A stretch of DNA of 58,450 bases from Hyphochytrium catenoides (taxonomy: Eukaryota; Protista; Hyphochytriomycota). The stretch is from the NCBI GenBank assembly GCA_900088475.1, contig FLMG01000057.1, forward strand, positions 1 through 58,450, in the 5' to 3' direction. Both the position numbers and the translations under genes were made by a program. Each line of letters starts with the position of its first letter. Position 1 is the first letter of the stretch. This document shows positions 56,962-58,450 of the stretch, piece by piece. The notes beneath the pieces are model-generated. The model was not told the DNA's origin. It ran no database searches and saw nothing but the letters and a program-made list of their open reading frames with translations.

Positions 56962-58250
56962 CTATGGATTGTGAGCTGAACAACCGGTGTCAACCAATTT
57001 ATTGGCCGCAACCAGCTCGAAGGCCGGCCGGACAGGCCCGCTGAGCAGCAGGAGACGTGCGCTGCCAGCAGAGTAGACAGTAGAGGTACGAGCTGGCTCC
57101 TTTTCATCTGTTATCAAGGCAGCAGCCACCCACCAAAGGATGATGAAGATTGACAATGGGAAGAAGAGCCATGGGGACATGTCCCTCCGGCCCACCGGGA
57201 GCCATGTGGGCTACGCTGATGATGAAGCTCGTATGTTTCTCTAGTAAGCTGGATGATAAGAAGGAGAGATAATTAGTTCGGAAGAGAATGAGAGGTCCTT
57301 GGCCATCAATCGGCGCGTCAACATGACTGATCATTAGCCCGCCGCGATCATTGAGACTGAAGCGGCCACAACGTAGTCTGAAGCGGTCGTTATTTAGTAG
57401 GAGGAAGTAAGGTAGAACGTAACAACCGACGGTGGTCATAATCTCTGCAAAAGCCGTTCACCATCCAATAACTATCTCTTGATGGTTGGCAATGAGTCCA
57501 CAGTACAGAGTGACCTCAATAGCTACTCTCAACAATGCAATCACATGCTCGTCTATTAACGAGGGACGCTGGGACTTCATGATATTTCCTACTAAAACGA
57601 TGGCACTAGTAGCTGACATAGTTTCTTTGTTTACTCCTGGACTTTGAGTAGCGTCCTCTTGTGGCTTGTCCTGCATGCTAAGACTCCTTCCGTCGCTCTT
57701 CTGACTATCTGAAGAGCGAGGACAAATGAGCCATCCAATCATTTGGAGCATGGCCGACCTCTTGAACGTCGCTTTCTATACGAAGTAGTAGTGTTATACA
57801 GTCTTCTAGTTGGAGAGCTCATCCTACTCACCACACGCGGTAAGAAAAGACCTGCATGGAACCTCCAGATCAGCTCCAGTTCTCTTAAAAATAGGCTAGC
57901 CAGGAGGCAAACAACCCCTGCATGATGCCAAAGGAACACTCCTAGCTCTGTTTCTCTTCCACCATAGCGGGATGACGGGCAAGGGGCAAGTTTCTTCTGA
58001 GGAAGCAATCAGGCAATCAAAGGTGTCGATCGCCGGCAGTCACTAGCTATCTCCGTCTTTCTGAAAGGGCCTAAGAACAGTTCTTAGTCAAACCGTTGCC
58101 TAGCCAACAAGAGTCGGAGAGAGAGAGAGCCAGACAACCGTATTTCGCTTCACTGCTGTTCACCACTGGCCCTGCAACTGGTGTCTGATCTTTCTTATGA
58201 GATAAGCCTGCACTCTTCCAATGGAGGTAGGAGCTAAATGATAGAGACAG
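56962..58250 (-). CDS. Probable 3' exons of an unidentified gene extending beyond the window (possible C-terminal TM helix)
   Basis: Successive minus-strand open frames with splice-like borders; hydrophobic PWLFFPLSIFIILWWVAAALI; a GA-rich intron-like tract at the window end. Confidence 0.3.
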
Positions 58251-58450
58251 GAGGAAAGAAAAGAGGGAGAACCAAGAAGAGGACACAAAGTGAATGAGCA
58301 AGACTAGTACAAAGAGAGACAGAAATGACAGAGAGAGTGCTAGACAAAGATAAGGTTAAAGAACACTATAAAGAGAGAGTGAGATGACAGAGGAACTGGT
58401 ATGATAGGAGGCCTGGGGCGAGAGAGAGGGGGCGAGAGAGAGAGAGAGAG

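Overview
Gene-dense, intron-rich eukaryotic nuclear DNA with GT-AG introns, the standard genetic code and many (GA)n/(CT)n tracts that coincide with assembly N-gaps. It probably comes from a flagellated protist or alga (stramenopile-like; this is an inference). The dominant feature is a ~20.5 kb gene of about 45 exons (18673-39239, +). It encodes the radial-spoke/CSC protein CFAP61 with a tandem array of eight adenylate kinase (AK) domains spliced in-frame into the variable loop of its N-terminal region. Seven domains have intact catalytic motifs and one is degenerate. The other genes are: a Cys-rich secreted/GPI-like protein, a PLP class-V cysteine-desulfurase-like enzyme, an intronless orphan ORF, a syntaxin-7/Pep12-like Qa-SNARE with Asp at the 0-layer, a bacterial-type helical protein that has acquired introns, a 2OG-Fe(II) dioxygenase divergent from HPPD, an AT-hook protein with a transposase-like bipartite HTH but no DDE domain, a coiled-coil protein, a GT61/EOGT-like glycosyltransferase, a La-module protein, TRM11 and CHMP7. 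No rRNA, tRNA or CRISPR array was recognised. Exon boundaries were read by eye and are approximate.
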